Assembly (NCBI GenBank): GCA_951406725.2
Contig: OX597817.1
Location: 76,012,001 to 76,076,000 of the forward strand
Direction: 5' to 3'
Origin: Octopus vulgaris
Lineage: Eukaryota
DNA length: 64,000 nucleotides
Shown: piece after piece, positions 12,430-25,656 of the stretch
How the letters are laid out: each line of letters starts with the position of its first letter
Numbering within the stretch: position 1 is the first letter of the stretch
The notes under the pieces: generated by a model
Seen by the model: only the letters and a program-made list of their open reading frames with translations
The model's database searches: none
What the model was told of the DNA's origin: nothing
Translations under genes and position numbers: made by a program

Positions 12430-12900
12430 ATATTCTGAGGCTGATAGTACTTTTTTTAATGTTGTAAGTTCCTATGTGAACAATTCTTTGTAGTTTTGAT
12501 ACTTTCGGTTTTCCTGGGATTTAACCATAGTGTTTAAGGATGTCATTTGCGATTTCCAAAGCCCTAATGATCACATGTGTAGATTTTCTTAGATGCACCA
12601 TTGTTGAGACCTCTACTTGAAGGTCGTTGTATTTAATTAACTCTTCAAATGTATTGACAGAAGTGTTGCGCTCTGTTGGGATTGACATATCTATGAACAA
12701 ACATGCTATGTTAGTGTTATTTCTCCCACCATATATGGCCTATTGATCCGAATAGCTCGATAAATTTGTATACTAAAGTCTCAAACAATGATGATGTCTT
12801 TATTTTCTATCAGTTTGGATTTCTAAACTGAAGCAAATACTGACCGAGTCTGTTATACCCATTAGTGTACTTATTTGAGGCTGACATATAATTATCACTA
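12430..12900 (-). mobile_element. Old REL-endonuclease LINE remnant
   Basis: IV*DFSIQ..RAIRINRPYMV..CLFIDMSIPTERN..E.LIKYNDL.VEV..VIIRAL..LQRIVHIGT, a decayed RPD..D..P..K..KY motif set. Confidence 0.65.
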
Positions 12901-13749
12901 TTTTTATTATAAGTATTATTTAACGCGTTGAATACATATTTAAGTAATGGCATGGAGGATGTTTCTCTTTGTATCACTTCTGCGGTCGTTGCCGCTATTA
13001 TCAGGTTCTCATATTAAAAAAAAAAGCTTTATATCTGCCTTTGTTTTATCTGCCTTTTGTTTCCATCATTTCGTTTTGCATTATGATCCTTATGCATTGA
13101 GGGCTTTATCTATGTAGTCATTCTCCTGTGTTATCCTCCTTCATGATATAAGGACTCTCGTATTGTGCTTGTGGTGGATGTATTTGTACAGCTTTCAGGA
13201 GAAATATACTTTATATGTGCTCAGTTCTGTTTTTTTAAAAATATTTTCAGCGCTTATTCTGAGTGTGGATAATTCTATTTTTTAAAGATATTTTTGCTTA
13301 TTGCAAATCTGCTTTATCATAAATTGGAGTTCAATTTTTGTCCTACGTCTCAATTTATACTTCTGCGGATCTCTTATGTCTTCTGTATCATACTGGTACA
13401 TGTTGGATACAGTATATCTGAATACTATGTACGTACTACTGTACAGCAGTTATCATTGTAGGTTTTTTCGGCCATGAACAAACCATGGGCTACATCATTG
13501 ATGTATTTTTTTATTAAGAAGCAGCGTCACTATTGGCAGTAAAGCCCAATGCTAGACTGGAGTGACATACTCTGTTACAGAGATCACAGCTGTACTAGAT
13601 CATCGGTTTTTTGTATTGCAGTGCTCCTTCATTCATACCTACTCTTACGCTGCAATGTTTAGCATCTCCCATCTTTAGATATCAGCTCAGGATACCCCTA
13701 AACTTCATTCGATCATCTGAAAATCTCTCCCAAGATTTTGTATTAATAC

Positions 13750-13930
13750 AGAGCACCTTCATAGTTCACATGCAGACCAGTCTGAAAGTAGCTTTTGCCG
13801 GTAAATGACTCTCTAAGAAGCCGGTTCTTCAGAGAGGGTAACCTTCCGGATGTGGCCATCCTCCATTTGACGTGATCCAGCCAACGCAGGCTTCGCTGCC
13901 TGAGAAGAGTGTCAAGCTGAAAGGTTTTCG
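13750..13930 (-). mobile_element. RTE-clade LINE C-terminal remnant
   Basis: TLLRQRSLRWLDHV..RM..GHI matches the RTE LRWLGHV.RM motif. Confidence 0.6.
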
Positions 13931-14285
13931 CCATATTTTAACGGATACTAGCATCAGAATGGTTAGTGTTAGGCCTCCTTGTTGAATCATTAATATTTCT
14001 AACAATTTCCTTACATGTCTTACGTAAGGTGATCGCATGAAACACATGTAGTGACACTCATTATGTTCTTTGTATCGTAGTTGCTGTTGCTTAATTCCAA
14101 GCTGATCTTGACAAATTAAAAATGTCATCAGAGCATCTCATAATTTTTCCTGTGCGTAATACTCCAGATTACATTATAGATTTTGTCATAGTCTTAGGAA
14201 ACTACGGTCTAATTTGGATGAAATATGCCTGCTATTTCTTGCAAATCGAGTGATCTAAAGTGCCTCTCATTGGGCTGTTTTAAAG

Positions 14286-14372
<87 letters not shown>

Positions 14373-14385
14373 CCTACCTACCTAC

Positions 14386-14448
<63 letters not shown>

Positions 14449-14869
14449 CATGAATTCACACACCCACACACACATGCAGATGCACACACGCATACACATA
14501 CACACACACGTATTATACATGTATGTATGTAGCTTAAGTTTACGTTCATCGCTTGGTGTATATAAAAATATACCAATTTGAGGTGGTACAGTGGTCTTGT
14601 GCCTAAATAAGAAACCGTTTTATGTGATTTCTACATAATCATAGCTGATATAAATGTTGGCTACTCACATTTCACGTACTATCGACAGAAAGGGTGAGAG
14701 AGAATGTGTGTACGTGCGCGTGTGTGTGTGTATGTGTGTGTGTGTATGTGTGTGTGTGCGTGTGCATAAAAGAAAGCTACAGAGTAGGTTAATATGAGAC
14801 GTGTAAAATAAGTGAACATATGAGGCAGGGAAGCAGACAATGAATAAAAGAACCCTAAGTACACTCATT

Positions 14870-15175
14870 GTGGAGGCGCAATGGTTAGGGCAGCGGACTC
14901 ACGGTCGGAGAACCGCGGTTTCGATTCCCAGACCGGGCGTTGTGTGTGTTTATTGAGCGAAAACACCTAAGAGCCCTACCACGAGGCTCCGGCAGGGGGT
15001 GGTGGCGACCCCTGTTGTACTCTTTCGCCACAACTTTTTCTCACTCTCTCTTCCTGTTTCTTGAGTAACGCTGCGATTGACTAGCGTCCCGTCCAGCTGG
15101 GGGGAACACATACACCACAGAAACCGGGTCCATGAGCCTGGCTAGGCTTGAAAAGGGCGAAAGAGAAAAGAGAAA
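14870..15175 (+). mobile_element. tRNA-headed SINE family A, tail type 1
   Basis: Head tggttagggcagcggact..ggtttcgattccc carries A/B-box-like motifs. It is flanked by the TSD tacactcatt and is near-identical to 22146-22436. Confidence 0.9.
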
Positions 15176-15309
15176 TACACTCATTCACTGTGATAAACCG
15201 GGAAGTAAGCGAAACAGTGGTTATGGGAGGAGTGATACAGATGAGAAGTTCGTTTTATTTTGTTTTGTTTTAAAGTAATAAATAATTTCCTTTTAAAAAT
15301 TATTAATAA

Positions 15310-15815
15310 CTAGCAGTATCGCCCGGCGTTGCTCGGGTTTGTAAGGGAAATAACTATATAAGCATTTTTAGAGAGTTACTTCCCTTATAAATTCGGGCTT
15401 TCTTAGCCATTTTTGTTTTGGTGTCTTCAAGCCATGAAGTCGTTGTTCTAAAAGAACGCTGGTTTCCTTCACAACGCATTACGACGTTGATTTCTTTACA
15501 CTCCCTTCCCCACAGCTTCACGAGGGAGGGAAGGGGGAGAAACAAACAGGTGCAGCTGTGAGCGTGGACGCCAACTCCGCCGCCATCGACATACGATGCA
15601 TTTTATGCATTAAAATGGAATAAAAAATGATGTTAAATTATTTTTAAAATCGTAGACTCATCGTTGACGCGCGCTAATAGTCAGACGGGCTCGATATGAA
15701 TCACGACTATAAGATACCTGAATTTGGTTAAACTGCACCGCAAAATGTGGGAGGAGTTAGGAATCTAAATCGAAGGGGACATACACTCACACAACTAGAG
15801 TTTTATATATATAGA
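15310..15815 (-). mobile_element. Non-autonomous Helitron
   Basis: The minus strand starts A|TCTATATATATAAAAC and ends with the hairpin cccgagcaacgccggg followed by CTAG|T. There is no TSD. Confidence 0.85.
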
Positions 15816-17185
15816 TTTCATCATCTTCTGTAAGCGATAAGAAATTTAATAAAAATGAAATAATATTGATTTCATGTATGTCATCTTCACTGATATTACC
15901 TATGGTGGCAAAAGTATACATGTGTATGTGTGTGCGTGCGTGTGTGTGTGTGCTTATGTGTGTGTGTATTGATATACATGACGGGTAACACTCAAGTATA
16001 TAATAAAACTGACTGGCAAAATAATTATCTTCTTGCCAGATTAGAATTAATTAACTCTGCCGACAAACAACGTTATGCATTTTTCACATCAATCCAGGTG
16101 ACCAGCTAGGCATTCCAACATGTTAAGATAACTACAATACACATGTAAGGATCTTTCTATTCTAAGTTAGGAGGATTAATTTATTAGTCAATTGAGACAA
16201 TCATTGACTTATGTCGAAGTAGGATGGCCTTTGAATTAAGTTTTATAAGCTATTATATAGCAAAAATAAAAGAGGTATGAGAGCTTGGCTAGTTGGTTCT
16301 GTCACGTTGTTGTTTTACTATATGCTCTGGAAACTGTAGTTATAATCTCCAATTCAAATATGCAAAAGAGAAGCAAAAATGTACCGTCGGGAATATATTT
16401 TCTCTGGGTTAGATGCATCTGCTCTAGTGTTGTTGTTTTGAGAACGTCTGATTCATAACATTTGAACAAAAAATATTTGAAGAATTTTTTTTTTTCATCT
16501 ACAATTAATATTGAAAAAAAAATGTTAGATTAAATGTAAAATTCAAAAACCTCTTACTTGAAAGAACTGCTTGTTTGCTTTCAAATCTTTAGGGAATGCT
16601 CGTTAAGCTAAATAAAGTGTAAGTTCTATTAGACAGATTTCTCGATAATTTATGTCTATTTTCGTCGAATTTGTTGAATTTTAAAAGATTGTTGTAATGA
16701 GAATACATAGGGGATTCAGTGTAAGTAAAATCTAATAATATATTATGGAGAAGTATGCTTTTATCTGCTTACAAACAGTTATTTTGTTAGTTATGAGTTT
16801 GCATAAACTTAAATCAGTTGCAATTTTTTTAAAAGCTATAGTAAAATGTTCGTATGTCATATAATGTTCAACGTATATCTACCTGCTGTAATGCTTTTCA
16901 TTTGCGACGAAACAATAATTTAGCTAGGTATATAGGTATTTAGGTCACAGTTTACTAAAATATGAAATAATATTTGAAAAATGCCAACTGAATATAAACT
17001 AAAGCAAGTAGTTCACTCCACTTACTTACAAAATACTAAAAGGCTCTAAATCCTAAATATACCTCATCTTTCTCTCTCCCGCCGTCTGTTTCACTATATG
17101 CATGTTTTCAAGTGGTAGTAGGCTATAATCACAAAGGAAAAAGTACAACCGTACTAAAACACACACACTCTAACACATGCACACA

Positions 17186-17237
<52 letters not shown>

Positions 17238-17333
17238 AAGTGTGTATGTATGTTTTCGTTTGCAGATAAACAATTATTTATTTAGTTATGAGTTTGAGTA
17301 ATTTTCTTTTACAAACTAAAGTGAAATGTTCAT

Positions 17334-17430
<97 letters not shown>

Positions 17431-17622
17431 ATGTATGTATGTATGTATATATACGCGCTCACGTCACTCGTATGCAAACGTATGCATGTAATCATATTTA
17501 TTTGTAGTTTATCTCACCGTGAACATTTCGTCAACTTTTTAAACATTTACGACTTTGATGCGCTATTATATTGTTGCAAACCATGAATTCATTAGAATAG
17601 AGTTTGCTATACGTGCTTGCAG

Positions 17623-18020
17623 GAAATTGAAAATCATGGCAGAACTCTCACCATAGACATTGGAGGTCTTTTCACCATCGTCCCTCCAACGAAATGTGTT
17701 TTAGGTAAAAGATGCATATAGCGTACAAATTAAAGTTCCCATTGTACAAAGAATCCTACTTAAAAGTTCCTGCTAGTTTTCATAGCTGAGTTTCCCTTTG
17801 ACTCTCTACAAGGTAATTTATATATCTAGCAATTGGAATGGCTATGAATTCCGAATTCAGACTTCCATTCGCGGTATTTTACATAGCGAACATGTCTCTT
17901 CCTAATATAACGCCATTGGCTACACAGGATATGTTTCCGATACTTATTACGATAGATATGGAGGAACAAAATCTGAGAGATATAACGAATATTTCGAAAA
18001 ATGACTCCATTCTTCATTAA
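17623..18020 (+). CDS. Candidate two-exon coding end (17623-17704 and 17830-18020), product unknown
   Basis: ttgcag| acceptor, EIENHGRTLTIDIGGLFTIVPPTKCVL, |gtaaaag donor, and a phase-compatible tctag| acceptor continuing AIGMAMNSEF..SILH*. The sequence is non-repetitive and no family is recognised. Confidence 0.2.
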
Positions 18021-19167
18021 AATCCAACATAATGGAGCATCAATTCACCCTATTTTTGATATATGTATATTCCCATCAGCACACATATACACTCACACTT
18101 TTGTTCCTTGTATGTGTACTGCTTCTGTAATCTGTGGAATGTCAGATCATGTTGATGTGTAGGAGTGATTTTTATTTGGACGTTGTTTATCAATCTACCA
18201 TGTTTATCACACGTTGGTAAATTTTACATGCTAGACTGTCTTTATTTTACTAAAACAAATGAGCAGCTAATTTTGAATCATATGCACATCATGTGTGCTT
18301 TAATTCTAAATTTAAATAATTTTTTAGATAAAATTTACTGAATCATATTGTTATAGATTTCAGCTGCTTCATTTTTAACAATAAGAAATTTTGTAATTTT
18401 TCTCTCATTCTAAGAGGGGGATGTACTTGTATTGATTAATACAAAAATTAACTGCAAAATCCTTCGTTCAGACGAATTTTATGTGTGAATTCATTTCCAT
18501 TGTTTTCGTTTTGAAGATTGCTTTATTATATAATTTAATATTTTATCGTATAATTTATTATTTTATTGTATAAGTTGTTGTCTTGAACGTCGAACATATC
18601 TGGAAACACTCTCAAGAACATAAACAGGAAAAAAAGTACTAAAAACAGTCGCAATTAATATCGAGTTTAATTAAGCAAAATCAATGTTCGGTTTTTTTCC
18701 CTTCCACTATACGCATATGTGAGCACAGTTAAACTCACACAAACAACGACAAACACACACGAAACACATATAAACTAAGAACACACATAATTGGCAAACA
18801 CATATGTGCACTTATTAAACAGGACACATATGTCCTCAATTGTAAATGTTTCATTCCTGTTATTGCTATCATATCTTAATAAACATTACAAAATCATATT
18901 TCATCACAGAAACGTAAAAGTGATACATAAGCTAGTGTATTAGAAAAATAACCAAAATTTTAATGGTTCGCATTCTATCATCGACACTGTATTATGTTTA
19001 TTGACAAAAATTTCAAATTTGAGGATCATATCCGTTTTATGCTTCAGTAGGTGCGCAGCAAACTACACGGAAAAGGGAATTCTACTTGGTAGATCAAATT
19101 GACGCATTTACATTTGGGATGTTATACTGAAGCAGACTTCATTTGATAGGTAGATGCGCTAATAGAA

Positions 19168-19678
19168 CCATAAATCCTCGAGTATAATCTGCATTTTCCC
19201 CCCGAAATTTAAAGGTCAAAATCCCTGGTACGTACTATATACAAGGTTAAAAATGAAAATTTTTTCTAAGCAATGTCCGAGTCTCTATTTACTGTCCAAA
19301 AGTTTTTATTCAGACACATTTTGTGATGTCGAGCGCGAAAATACCTTAAGCTAAGCTAGAACGCAATGAAGTCGTAAAAAAATCATCCATAACATGCAGT
19401 AAGCAACATTTATTAAACGTTATTACTGTTATTTCTTTATTTTCTGCAAACAAAATGCACAAAAAAGCTACACGTTTGCATTATGTTATATATACAATAA
19501 TAATAAAGGATGTTAACGTATAATGTTTTACAAACCAAGGACGTTATATGGACCTCCTTGTCTCAAGTTAGAGGAGGGGTGCGTATTATACACAAGGTTT
19601 AGGTTTTTCAGAGGTACAGCCCCTTAAAAATCCCCTGCGTATTATACTCAAGGGCGGACTATACTCGAGGATTTACGG
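19168..19678. mobile_element. MITE with ~25-bp TIRs (Tc1/mariner/pogo-type)
   Basis: Left end ccataaatcctcgagtataatctgc versus right end (rc) ccgtaaatcctcgagtatagtccgc. TA follows the right end, and subterminal gcgtattatac(a/t)caagg repeats are present. Confidence 0.85.
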
Positions 19679-20360
19679 TATTGACTCTTTCTCTCGCCCT
19701 CACTCTCTCTCTCAAGTGAAACTCAGCCGCCTTAAATGTGTAATGACCCATTGCCTAGTGTGGTATTTTATGCAATATGCTTTAAAAAATGTCGAAAGCG
19801 TCATGGCTTGCAAGATCAGTTGTTAAGTCCTCTTCAACCAGCACTTACATAAGGATATGTTACAAGTAAAAATTAGTACCAACAGCTACTTGATGAAAAA
19901 AGGACTTGTTTATTTGAGAAGGAAGTGTTGATTTGACATTAAATAAGGAATCAAAGTACCAGGTTAAGGATTATTAGTAGAAACCCGACATAAATAAATT
20001 GAAAATAATTAACGATCTGTTTACAAGAACTAAATAATTCGGATGGTACGTTCAATGTGTGCCGTTCAAACATGTAGACATTTTCTCCAACAAACTTATG
20101 TTTTGCTGTTTATAATTATATAATAGTAATACTAACAACCGACTGATATTTTGCATGTCATTGAGAAAGGGAACATCTAGAGAATAGTCGATAATACAAT
20201 ACTCAAAATGTTAATCGACACCAACCATAAATACCGCTAGAAATCACATACATACATTTATACATATACACACACACAAACATATATACATATATATATA
20301 GAGGGATGTATGTAAGTATATATATGTATATATATATGTATGTATATATATTTATATATG

Positions 20361-20391
<31 letters not shown>

Positions 20392-20603
20392 CTATATATA
20401 TATATATATATAGATTTCACTTAGGCATAACTTGGCGTTGAACTCAATGTACGTACGATTCCGAACGAAGCGTTAGTTGAGTACAGTGTTAATAGGAAAA
20501 GAGATGAGAAAGAAATAAGTGATTAACTCATGAATGTCATTAACTTATAAGTGTTTCCATTATAAAATGCGGCGGACTCAAAGTTGAATTAACTTGCAAA
20601 TTG

Positions 20604-20654
20604 TTCTTGATGTTGAGGGTTCACCTTAACCTATAGCGGAAACAGCTGTAAGCT
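20604..20654 (+). ncRNA. Degenerate hammerhead-like motif
   Basis: The hairpin gttgagg-gttca-ccttaac is followed by GAAACAGCTGTAag. The core is eroded (cttgat). Confidence 0.35.
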
Positions 20655-20698
20655 AGTGAAATTAATAAGATAATCATTTATTCCTTTGCCATCTCTTT

Positions 20699-20746
<48 letters not shown>

Positions 20747-22145
20747 GCACACACACATATATATATATATATTTATTGATACATATGTGTGTGTGTGCTT
20801 ACTTATATACGATCATACATCTATGTTCATTATAAACATATATACATACACAGACAAGGGCCCGGGAACAGGGGTTGCAGGGGGTGCATTTGCACCCGCT
20901 AGAATTTTTATGTGTTGGAAAATGAAATATTTGCACTACCTACATATACCTTTGCTATGTTCAGAAAATAGTGTCTAAAAATTGATCTGTAAAAGTTGCT
21001 TCAAGTTATATTCTGAAAACAAAAGCAAAGCTCAAAAATAAATTAAAAAGATGAAGCTAGTCGTAAAATTCCTGCTTCAAAAGTATTAACAGCTTGTTGC
21101 CATGACAATCGCACGTTGTTTTGTGTTTCACTCGATTGTTGTGTTGATACTTCACACCACGAGATTCACTTCACCCGTGTATTTTTCTTTAAAAAAAAAA
21201 AATTATATTTATCAATTAGAATTTTACTATAGCTATTTTTCGTCAATTGTCTTAATACTTTACATATTTTTCATATATAGAGAAAATTGTTTGCGATGTT
21301 TATTCAATTTCTTGGCATTATGAAGATGAATGGAATATGTGAAATTAGTACAGATAATTTGACATTATTTTTGAATGGTGCACGAAAAAACATGTAAGAT
21401 ACAGGTATTCTTTTTCTTGGAACAAACTTTTTGGTGACTGGTGTTATTCTTATCATAGTTTACAAATCCAAGCATGAAAACGTTACTCAACTTTGAAGAT
21501 TTAGAGACAGACACCTCCTTTCCACATACACATACACATGCACTTATATATTAATGATGTACGCAAATAAATGACAGGTATACATAATACTGAAATACGC
21601 AAAAAGAAAATACATGCAGACAAATATGTTAATATAACATGTTTAAAAAATAATAAAAACATACAATCAATGAAGAGACAAAAGAGTTGATTTTATTTAT
21701 TAGGTATTTCTGTTTATTTAGAAACTTACAACTAAGAGGTCATTTCCCAGACTCTTAACTACAAATTTCACAGGGTACAACCTTAAAGTTGACACTGCTC
21801 CGCTAAACGCAGAAAATTTCTGTCTCGCTATTTGCTAAAAATATAGTTGTTTCGATTTTTAAATCTCTGTAAACCTTTTTCTCCAACGTTTTTTCCCCAC
21901 CATATCGTACCTTCGTTGAAATTAGACTGGAAATCTATATTATTACAGCCAATTTTCAGATTTTTTCCTGTCTTTTAAAAAATGCATATTTTGCGAATAA
22001 AAAGAACGAGTTCCACACGGCCACTCATATATAAACATTCTCCAATACACATACAAGCATATTTCATTTGTTACAAAGATATAAATACTTATCGAAATCT
22101 CTTATGGAAGTTTTTATAGAATAATACTGGCGCTATGTTCTACCT

Positions 22146-22436
22146 GGAGGCGAAATGGTCCAGTGGTTAGGGCAGCGGACTCGCGGTTTCGATTCCCTGA
22201 CCGGGCGTTGTGTGTTTTTATTGAGTGAAAACATCCAAAAGCTCTACGAGACTCCGGCAGGGGGTAGTGGCGACACCTGTTGTACTCTTTCGCCACAACT
22301 TTCTCTCACTCTCTCTTCCTGTTTCTTGAGTAACGCTGCGATGGACTGGCGTCCCGTCCAGCTGGGGGGAACGCATGCGCTACAGAGACTGGGAAACCGG
22401 GCCCATGAGCCTGGCTAGGCTTGAAAAGGGTGACGT
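22146..22436 (+). mobile_element. SINE family A, tail type 1
   Basis: Same family as 14870. The 12-bp TSD tatgttctacct lies at 22134-22145 and 22437-22448. Confidence 0.9.
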
Positions 22437-22880
22437 TATGTTCTACCTAAAGTTTCCTATCAGCATTTTCGTTCATATATTGGCTTGTTCATAACATATC
22501 GTTAATGCAAAAATTGTTTATTTATTTATTGTTCATTCAAAATGTTATTATTCCGATCATTTTGCCATCTTCATAACCTTAAGCAAATTATATATGTAAT
22601 TAATAAAGAACAAAATAGTCTCAAATCAAAAGTAGATGGCTACCTGGGATCAGCGTGAGGTTAACGTTTATTCGGTTTTGTGTTTTCTCTGTTTCGTATA
22701 AATACCGAGCTGTTAGTTCCCATTAGTTAGTCCCATTTGAGTAGAGTTCTACTAGAATGCCAAACTAGTTGTGATCGACTCATTTTTTTGGATATCTTGG
22801 ACTGCACTTCGAATTTAATTGAAGAGAAGCCGTAGATACACACGTGATGGAAAGGAATTTAACGCTCATTCGTGGTTCTA

Positions 22881-22881
22881 T

Positions 22882-22919
<38 letters not shown>

Positions 22920-22973
22920 TTAGTGGTTGCGGTAGTAGTAGTAGTTGTAGTAGTAGTGGTGATGGTGGTGGTG

Positions 22974-23016
<43 letters not shown>
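22881..23016. repeat. Compound trinucleotide microsatellite (TAC)n..(GTA)n(GTG)n(GTA)n
   Basis: Directly visible. Confidence 0.95.
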
Positions 23017-23721
23017 ATTCTGTTCAAAATAGCAATGATTTCTTCTGATTAAAATCGTGCAGAAAATACAAAACAAATTTTGATATAGACCCAATGAAAA
23101 GTTTTCCCGAAATTAGATTTAAATCTCTTTGTAATAGGTTTCTTGGCAATGCTTCACAAATTAAAAATATACATGAACAAAAGAAACGAATACTAGTCGT
23201 TAAATATCGTTGAGTACAATCGATTTGAAATTTCTTAGATAATGTTTTAACTACATTAAAGAGAGCAAATTTCTCACCAATTCAACTTACAAAGATATTC
23301 GTTGTTTTTATTCCCTCTCACCTTTTGGGGCAGTTGAAGAAGATTGTGAAGAACAGATAATATCTCAGAACTGCGGTCATAGTCGAAAGTTTTATCAGCG
23401 CAAATAAGTGAAGTTTTAAATATTTCTTTATATAAGATGCTATGTTACAAGAGAAATGTCGAAGCACATAAATATATCAGACACGCAATATAACCTTCTT
23501 ACACAAATGCGTGTTAAATTACAAGCACAGCATTCAGAGTCTCTATAGATTAGCGTGGTTAACCAGGAATAACATATTCGAACAACCAAGAAAGCGTATA
23601 CTAGTAACCTCTAAGAAAAGCAATGTACGAAATAACTTATTCAAAAGGAGAAAATGCCGTAAAGAGAATGAAATCATACTTTCATGACAAACAAGATACC
23701 AATATACCAACAACAGATATA

Positions 23722-25656
23722 TCTACCCTTATAATAATATAATGGATAAAGCTGCTTATTGATTAAGTATGTAAAGCAATTGTTAAAGTCTTAACCACCT
23801 GGAAATTTATTTATAAATTCATGTTCCAAGAAATTACCTATGATTTCGATTTCTGACGTTTATTGAATTTTTGCACTCCAATTTTTCACAAATTTAAATA
23901 TTATTTGCATTCACTGCGGAGTATTCCGTTTTCATTTGCAAAGTCTCTCATTCTCTATTTCAGTGTTTTCATTTCAAGTTTTAATTTGCTACTTACAAAG
24001 CCCACAGTTTATTCTATATACGTAATGTAAAACATTATTTATTGAATGAAATTTTTTTTATATACCAGTATAAATTTTATTAAAAAAATGAAGACGTAAT
24101 TTTGTTGTTATGGTTAATTTGGAACGCGATAAGCCTTACAATAATAATTACCCGGGCCGATTTTGACTATTATTTTAAAATTCAAAACCGTTGGAGGAGA
24201 CTTTTTGGTAAAAAAGAGAAATTGTAAATATTTTCAGAGGAAAAGGTGAACACTTCAGGGGAGGTTTGGTTGTTGTTTCTAGCACAACCCAAACAACCCT
24301 CCGTTTTCCATTTCACATGAACTGTTTTTTTTCAATATTTTTTCTCCCATTAAACACATTTTACGAAATGATGATGCCAAAGTATGCGTAGTCCATTTGT
24401 GGTATATAGGAAACCGAAAGAAATGGTAGTCTAAATTTTTACCCCCACCTCAATCAAGTGAAGCCGTGTGTGTGTGTATGAACAAACATTTTCTAACAGA
24501 AAAGTATGCTTTTAAAATGAATTGTCGTTAGCGCAACTCTTTGTTATAAATCATTGTGGATAAATGGCAGCAATTACCCTCTCGGGCTCTTCAATATTTT
24601 AGATTATACACAGAAACAATCGGAGGTAGGGAGTGAGGTTGCAAAAAAATCATAATTTTTCAAATTTTATTTTTTATAGCGTATAAATGTATTATTTATG
24701 GCGAGAAAAATATTGAAAAATATCAATACATGTGAAAGTGATCAAGAAACAAGCACGGTTGTCTTGGGATGTGCTAGAAACAACAGCCAAAGCACTCACC
24801 TTTTTGAAATTTTTTTCACAGAAAAGGCTTCCCCATGGTTTTTAAGTGGGCTGATGAGGGAGGGGACGGTTGTAAAAATATTTTCACAACTTTGTTTCAT
24901 ACAAAGATGACCCACCCCCACCCATAATTGCGAAGGCTGTGGTATAAAAAAGTGGGAAAAATTCCCGTCAAAACACAGAAATTCTAATTTATTTGGTCTT
25001 CCTGATCCGAAACTCCGTTTTACCGAAACTCCTCTCCACATCTCGGAAAAAAATTTCCCCCACAAATTTTTTGTAACCGTAATCTATGCCGTTTAAAAGG
25101 TATTTTTATAAACTTTCTTTAAAAGACATTCATTTTCCTGAAAGTTATGAGGGAAGAATTCAGATCATGTGAATTTTCCGAAAATCCTCTCCACCTCGGC
25201 AAAATTTTTTCGTAAATCCCTATATACTCTGAAGCCACAACTTCTAAGCGTTATTTATAGAAAATTTCTTGATGTCGGGGGCGTATATATCTGTAGTTAT
25301 GCCCTTTTATTTATGCAATTTTTAAAAATTTCATGTTCATTTCATTCATTGCTTCCAATGTTCTCTCCCCCTCTTTCTCACACACACGCTGCAAAACTTA
25401 CAGATGGGATGAGCAAGGTAAAAACTTGACAAACTGCTTCCCTGTCCGTAGCTGGACTACCTTGATGCTTGTTTAAAAAAGAGAGATTATGACTGTGATA
25501 AAATAATGAAAGCAATATTTATTATACAAGTGAACATAATTATACAAAAACATAATTAGACGCAAAATATCATAAAATTATTAGAATTGGGAATCAAATG
25601 TGAAAATATTATCAAGTGTTTAGCAGAGAATCGCCCGGGGGCGGTTTTCCTGCTAG
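23722..25656 (+). mobile_element. Probable non-autonomous Helitron (~1.9 kb)
   Basis: 5' A|TCTACCCTTATAATAATATAA. The 3' hairpin agcagagaatcgcccgggggcggttttcctgct overlaps the terminal CTAG|T. The 5' boundary is less certain. Confidence 0.6.

Noticed and set aside
14870-14940. tRNA genes at SINE heads (also 22146, 29182, 31890, 35578, 48372)
   Set aside because: The cloverleaves are imperfect and run straight into SINE bodies, some bounded by TSDs. They are tRNA-derived heads, not tRNA genes.
17623-17704. ENHGRTL resembling the carbonic anhydrase NNGHT motif
   Set aside because: No downstream QFHFHWG or other CA motifs; the similarity is too short.
20857-20905. GC-rich hAT-like terminus (agggcccgggaacaggggttgcagggggtgcatttgcaccc)
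   Set aside because: No matching opposite TIR or TSD was found, so an element cannot be delimited.
22844-23032. Thr/Ser/Gly-rich ORF resembling a mucin or homeobox-gene linker
   Set aside because: Fully explained by compound trinucleotide repeats, with no flanking domain or splice support.
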